This document shows positions 59,526 through 64,000 of a DNA stretch of 64,000 nt, one piece after another. Positions within the stretch are counted from its first letter, which is position 1. Every line of letters starts with the position of its first letter. Location: contig CAVGNV010000002.1 in NCBI GenBank assembly GCA_963630695.1, positions 79,197 to 143,196 of the forward strand, written 5' to 3'. The position numbers were made by a program, and so were the translations under genes. Under the pieces are notes generated by a model, which was not told the DNA's origin, searched no databases, and saw only the letters and a list, made by a program, of their open reading frames with translations. This DNA comes from Paratractidigestivibacter sp. Its GTDB lineage: Bacteria; Bacteroidota; Bacteroidia; Bacteroidales; Bacteroidaceae.

Positions 59526-60710
59526 ATGAAGTTATCACAGTTCAAATTCAATTTGCCAGCTGATCAAGTAGCCCTTTATCCGCATACCTCTGAGCATCGC
59601 ATTCAGCGTCCAGATGGTAGCGAAACGGTCTTCAAGGTGACCCGTCGTGACGAAAGTCGTCTGATGGTTCTTCACAAACGCTCACAGAAGATAGACCTTT
59701 ATCACACCGATGAGAATGGTAATCCGATAGAAGGCGACTATATTCAGTTTCGTGATTTGGTTAAGTACTTTGATGAAGGCGACACTTTCGTGTTCAATGA
59801 TACCAAGGTTTTCCCTGCACGTCTGTATGGAACAAAGGAGAAGACCGACGCCAAGATTGAGGTGTTCCTCCTTCGTGAGCTCAACCAGGAGATGCGCCTC
59901 TGGGATGTACTGGTAGAACCCGCCCGCAAGATACGTATCGGTAACAAGCTTTTCTTTGACGAGGCTGGTACGATGGTGGCTGAGGTGATTGACAACACCA
60001 CCTCTCGTGGTCGTACCTTGCGCTTCCTTTACGATTGTCCTCATGAGGAGTTTCGTGCCGATCTGTTTGCTATCGGTGAAGCACCATTGCCCCGTTATGT
60101 GATAGACAATCGTCCAAAGAAAGAAGGTGACGACTTCGCTCATGCTAGCGAGGAAGATCTCGAATACTTCCAATGTGTCTTTGCCAAGAACGAAGGAGCA
60201 GTTACAGCACCTGCTACAGGCTTGCACTTCTCTCGTGAGATGATGAAGATGATGGAGATTGCAGGTGTACAATCGGCTTTTGTAACTCTACATTGTAGCC
60301 TAGGCAACTTCAACCATATCGAGGTAGAGGATCTGACCAAGCATAAGATGGACTCAGAGGAGATGCACATCAACGCTGAGGCATGTAAGATTGTAAACGA
60401 TACCAAGCGCGCAGGTCATCATGTATGTGCCATTGGTACCAGCGTGGTAAAGGCTACAGAGACCGCTGTGGGCACAGATGGTATGCTGAAGGAATATGAT
60501 GGATGGACCAATAAGTTTATCTTCCCTCCTTACGACTTTGGCTTTGCCGATTCGATGGTAGCCAACTTCTACCATCCTGAGTCTACACTCTTGATGAGCA
60601 CCGCTGCCTTTGGTGGTTACGACTTTGTGATGGAAGCCTATAACATGGCTGTGGAACATGGCTACCAGTTTGGTTGCTATGGCGACTCCTTGCTTATATT
60701 GAACGATTAA
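59526..60710 (+). CDS. queA: QueA-family SAM:tRNA ribosyltransferase-isomerase (divergent)
   Basis: RDESRLMV, FNDTKVFPARL, PLPRY, GAVTAP..GLHF, HKMDSE, STLLM, YGD. Confidence 0.85.
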   Translation: MKLSQFKFNLPADQVALYPHTSEHRIQRPDGSETVFKVTRRDESRLMVLHKRSQKIDLYHTDENGNPIEGDYIQFRDLVKYFDEGDTFVFNDTKVFPARLYGTKEKTDAKIEVFLLRELNQEMRLWDVLVEPARKIRIGNKLFFDEAGTMVAEVIDNTTSRGRTLRFLYDCPHEEFRADLFAIGEAPLPRYVIDNRPKKEGDDFAHASEEDLEYFQCVFAKNEGAVTAPATGLHFSREMMKMMEIAGVQSAFVTLHCSLGNFNHIEVEDLTKHKMDSEEMHINAEACKIVNDTKRAGHHVCAIGTSVVKATETAVGTDGMLKEYDGWTNKFIFPPYDFGFADSMVANFYHPESTLLMSTAAFGGYDFVMEAYNMAVEHGYQFGCYGDSLLILND

Positions 60711-60720
60711 TCCTATAACT

Positions 60721-60759
60721 GCACCTTCTTTACCATAGGGTAGGGAAGGTGTTTTCTTT
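60721..60759 (+). terminator. Hairpin plus U-rich tract between queA and folK
   Basis: GCACCTTCTTTACC / GGTAGGGAAGGTGT followed by TTTCTTT, directly before the folK ATG. Confidence 0.6.
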
Positions 60760-61173
60760 ATGCACACCTTATATCTATCTCTTGGTTCAAACCTTGGCGA
60801 CCGCCGTCAAGCTTTGACCACAGCTATTCAGTGGATCTCTGACCTTATTGGTCCTGTTGTTAAGCAATCTTCATTCATTGAGACTGAGCCTTGGGGCTTC
60901 CAGTCGGACCATTCGTTTGTCAATGCTTGCATCGAGGTTTCTACGTCTTTCACACCACAAGAGGTGCTATCCCTTACACAAGATATAGAGCGACGTATGG
61001 GCAGAACACATAAGAGCGTCAACTGCCAGTATGCCGATCGCATCATCGATATTGACATCTTGCTTTACGATGACCTACATCTTGTCACGCCCCAACTGCA
61101 TATACCGCATCCACATATGCTCGAGCGCGACTTTGTGATGATTCCTCTTCGTGAGTTGGGCGTCAATCTCTGA
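60760..61173 (+). CDS. folK: 2-amino-4-hydroxy-6-hydroxymethyldihydropteridine diphosphokinase
   Basis: YLSLGSNLGDR, ETEPWG, FVN, IERRMGR, RIIDIDILL, IPHP.MLERDFV. Confidence 0.95.
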   Translation: MHTLYLSLGSNLGDRRQALTTAIQWISDLIGPVVKQSSFIETEPWGFQSDHSFVNACIEVSTSFTPQEVLSLTQDIERRMGRTHKSVNCQYADRIIDIDILLYDDLHLVTPQLHIPHPHMLERDFVMIPLRELGVNL

Positions 61174-61292
61174 TGCTATTAGCTTATTACTGATATTATA
61201 TACGAGTTTTCCCCGTTGGGCGTTCAGCCCGTATTTTGATAATCCAAAACTTGTGTTATCTCTCGCAACACAACGCGAAGAAACATTAAAAC

Positions 61293-61336
61293 AAAAACCG
61301 CAGATTGACCTTATCATTGTTGTCAATCTGCGGTTT
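61293..61336. terminator. Terminator of typA (possibly bidirectional)
   Basis: AAACCGCAGATTGAC / GTCAATCTGCGGTTT perfect 15-bp stem. Confidence 0.85.
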
Positions 61337-61381
61337 ATATTTTCTTGACCTCAGCTGTTATGCTGAAGCACTGCTTGTAGC

Positions 61382-63184
61382 TTATTCCTTGTTAGCTCTC
61401 TTACGCTCTAGGTGGTCAAGGATAATCTTTCTCATACGAATGTTCTTAGGTGTCACTTCTACGTATTCGTCACCCTTGATATACTCCAGGCATTCCTCTA
61501 AGCTCATCTCCACCTTAGGTATCACGCGTGCTTTCTCATCAGAGCCACTAGCACGGACGTTGGTCAGCTGCTTAGCTTTGGTCACGTTGATCACAAGGTC
61601 ATTGTCGTGAACGTGCTCACCTACCACTTCGCCACCATAAACGTCCTCACCTGGGTCAATGAAGAACTTACCGCGATCCTGCAGTTTGTCTATCGCGTAT
61701 GCGTAAGCCGTACCGTTCTCTAGGGCAATCATTGAACCATTGGTGCGGCGAGTGATATCGCCCTTGTATGGCTGATACTCCTTGAAGCGGCTTGCCATGA
61801 TGGCTTCACCCTGGCTTGCAGTAAGAACGTTGGTACGAAGACCGATGATACCACGTGCAGGAATGTCGAAAGTGATGTTCACACGGTCACCTTCAGTGTC
61901 CATACCGAGTAGCTCACCCTTACGACGCGTTACCATATCAATCATCTTTGAAGAGAAGTCGTTAGGTACGTTGATGGTCAACTCTTCGATAGGCTCACAC
62001 TTGACGCCATCTATCTCCTTATAGATTACCTGTGGCTGACCCACCTGAAGCTCATAGCCCTCGCGACGCATGGTCTCGATAAGCACTGAGAGGTGCAACA
62101 CGCCACGGCCCGAAACGATCCACTTGTCCATGCAACCTTCCACCAATCTCACTCTGAGCGCAAGGTTCTTCTCAAGCTCTTTGTTCAGACGGTCGCTGAT
62201 ATGACGTGATGTGCAGAACTTACCCTCCTTGCCAAAGAATGGCGAATCGTTGATGGTAAAGAGCATACTCATCGTAGGTTCGTCCACAGCGATAGGAGGT
62301 AATGGCTCTGGATTCTCCCAGTCGGCAATCGTGTCACCAATCTCAAAGTTCTCCAAGCCTATCACGGCGCAGATATCTCCCGACTTTACCTCGTCGGTCT
62401 TCTTATGTCCCATACCCTCAAAGGTATGTAGCTCCTTGATCTTAGTCTTCTCCATAGAGCCATCACGGTGACAGATGGTGATATTCATACCATCCTTTAG
62501 TGTGCCACGATGTACACGTCCCACGGCGATACGACCTGTGTAGCTCGAATAGTCGAGCGATGTGATTAGCATCTGTGGTGTACCCTCGATGCTCTTTGGT
62601 GCTGGAATCTTCTCGATAATCTCATCCAGAACAAAGTCGATATTGTCGGTAGGATTGCTCCAGTCGGGGCCCATCCATCCGTTCTTGGCTGATCCGTAAA
62701 CCACGGGGAAATCGAGTTGTTCCTCAGTAGCGTTGAGATCGCACATCAAGTCGAATACCATTTCGTACACCTCTTCAGGTCGGCAGTTGGGCTTATCCAC
62801 CTTGTTCACCACCACGATAGGTTTCAAGCCCAGTTGCAATGCTTTCTGAAGCACGAATCGTGTTTGTGGCATAGGGCCTTCGAAGGCATCTACGAGGAGC
62901 AGACATCCGTCCGCCATATTGAGCACACGCTCCACCTCGCCACCGAAGTCGGAGTGGCCCGGGGTATCAAGGATATTGATCTTGACCCCTTTCCAGTTGA
63001 TACTAACGTTTTTGCTAAGAATTGTTATCCCTCGTTCTCGCTCTAGGTCATTAGAGTCGAGCACCTCGCCGCTGTTGTCCTGTCCGTCACGGAAGAGCTT
63101 TCCAGCGAGCATCATCTTGTCGACCAACGTGGTTTTACCATGGTCAACGTGCGCAATTACTGCGATGTTACGAATGTCTTGCAT
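61382..63184 (-). CDS. typA: Translational GTPase TypA/BipA
   Basis: [68 protein letters not shown]. Confidence 0.97.
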   Translation of the reverse strand: MQDIRNIAVIAHVDHGKTTLVDKMMLAGKLFRDGQDNSGEVLDSNDLERERGITILSKNVSINWKGVKINILDTPGHSDFGGEVERVLNMADGCLLLVDAFEGPMPQTRFVLQKALQLGLKPIVVVNKVDKPNCRPEEVYEMVFDLMCDLNATEEQLDFPVVYGSAKNGWMGPDWSNPTDNIDFVLDEIIEKIPAPKSIEGTPQMLITSLDYSSYTGRIAVGRVHRGTLKDGMNITICHRDGSMEKTKIKELHTFEGMGHKKTDEVKSGDICAVIGLENFEIGDTIADWENPEPLPPIAVDEPTMSMLFTINDSPFFGKEGKFCTSRHISDRLNKELEKNLALRVRLVEGCMDKWIVSGRGVLHLSVLIETMRREGYELQVGQPQVIYKEIDGVKCEPIEELTINVPNDFSSKMIDMVTRRKGELLGMDTEGDRVNITFDIPARGIIGLRTNVLTASQGEAIMASRFKEYQPYKGDITRRTNGSMIALENGTAYAYAIDKLQDRGKFFIDPGEDVYGGEVVGEHVHDNDLVINVTKAKQLTNVRASGSDEKARVIPKVEMSLEECLEYIKGDEYVEVTPKNIRMRKIILDHLERKRANKE

Positions 63185-63219
63185 CTTAATTTTGAAATAG
63201 CTATTTTCTTTTCTACTTG

Positions 63220-63279
63220 CAAAGGTACGAAGATTTCTTTAGAAACGTTTCAGTATTCGGATTTAATTGGTTACCTTTG
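63220..63279. promoter_or_regulatory. Divergent typA / rpsO promoters
   Basis: TACCTTTG on the minus strand (63220-63227) and on the plus strand (63272-63279). Confidence 0.7.
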
Positions 63280-63389
63280 CACCGCATTTTCGGAAAGTCC
63301 GATGCATTCGATGTCGCTCTGGTTGTGATTAAGGCCTGTTGCGTCAGAAGGATGTAATGATGCAATCAATTATTAATCAGTTTCATACA

Positions 63390-63665
63390 ATGTATCTTAA
63401 CAAAGAGAAGAAAGAAGAAATCTTCGCACAGTATGGTCGTCAGCAGAAAGCTACTGACACCGGTTCTGCAGAAAGCCAGATTGCGCTTTTCACTTATCGT
63501 ATCAAGCATCTCACCGAGCACGTAAAGAAGAACCGCAAGGACTTCGTTACCACTCGTTCTATCACTCAGCTTGTAGGTAAGCGTCGTGCTTTGCTCAACT
63601 ATCTCTATGATCTCGACGTAGAGCGCTATCGTGCTATTGTGAAGGCTCTTGGACTGAGAAAGTAA
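63390..63665 (+). CDS. rpsO: 30S ribosomal protein S15
   Basis: DTGSAESQIALFT.RI.HLTEH...N.KD..T.R.....VGKRR.LL.YL..ALGLRK; ATG at 63390. Confidence 0.97.
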   Translation: MYLNKEKKEEIFAQYGRQQKATDTGSAESQIALFTYRIKHLTEHVKKNRKDFVTTRSITQLVGKRRALLNYLYDLDVERYRAIVKALGLRK

Positions 63666-63715
63666 TTCGTTACGTGGCGGTCTCTTCCCTAGAGAAAGCC
63701 GCTTAACAACAAGCT

Positions 63716-63763
63716 AACCGCAGATACAAATCAGCAATGATGTGTATTTGCGGTTTTTCTTTT
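63716..63763 (+). terminator. rpsO terminator
   Basis: AACCGCAGATACA / TGTATTTGCGGTT followed by TTTCTTTT. Confidence 0.85.
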
Positions 63764-63813
63764 GCGCCACGCTCACGCTTCTGTGAGCTTAGGCTTTGCC
63801 CGTTTCATCCGTA

Positions 63814-63961
63814 TAAGCAGAGTGGTTTTACGCTACCAAAGCGCTCTCCTTATCATGCCATAAAGATGGTTTGACAATGCAAACCACATGGTTTTAAACT
63901 AGAAATCAATTTGTTTTTGGAAGAAAATCAATTTATTTTTCCGTCAAAATCAATTTACTTT
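63814..63961. repeat. Dispersed 22-bp-period element, copy 4
   Basis: AAATCAATTT(G/A)YTTT units with AATT at 63908, 63930, 63952; in-phase TGGTTT at 63823, 63867, 63889. Confidence 0.8.
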
Positions 63962-64000
63962 TCCTTCTAAAAGGAGCTCCGTTACATTGTGAAATCATAC

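Overview
Chromosomal window from a Bacteroidota genome, probably Prevotella/Segatella-like (TAnnTTTG -7 promoters, gene content). 1-11.9 kb is the distal part of a beta-mannan utilisation locus: SGBP-like lipoprotein, BACON-GH5, CE7, GH26, GH130, GPH symporter, 2-epimerase, AraC regulator and manA. 12-19 kb holds a ThrE-family exporter, sppA-lpxK-punA-thiL and tRNA-Phe. 19.2-37.4 kb is an accessory SusC/D-less glycoside locus: two SusR-like (DUF6377) sensors, three GH3s, an acyltransferase, a carboxylesterase, a secreted nucleoside-hydrolase-like protein and an atypical TonB receptor; its three catabolic promoters share an operator architecture. 38-64 kb is mostly housekeeping (xth, folE, tpiA, CCA enzyme, ftsX-uppP-truB-queA-folK, typA, rpsO) plus an RND efflux operon ending in a divergent LpxA paralogue. 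Most unusual signals: the glycoside regulon, a dispersed intergenic element of 22-bp-phased quasi-palindromes present four times, the RND+LpxA-like operon, and a ThiL lacking conserved metal ligands. No integrase, IS or CRISPR was seen. All family assignments are by eye, not by database search.
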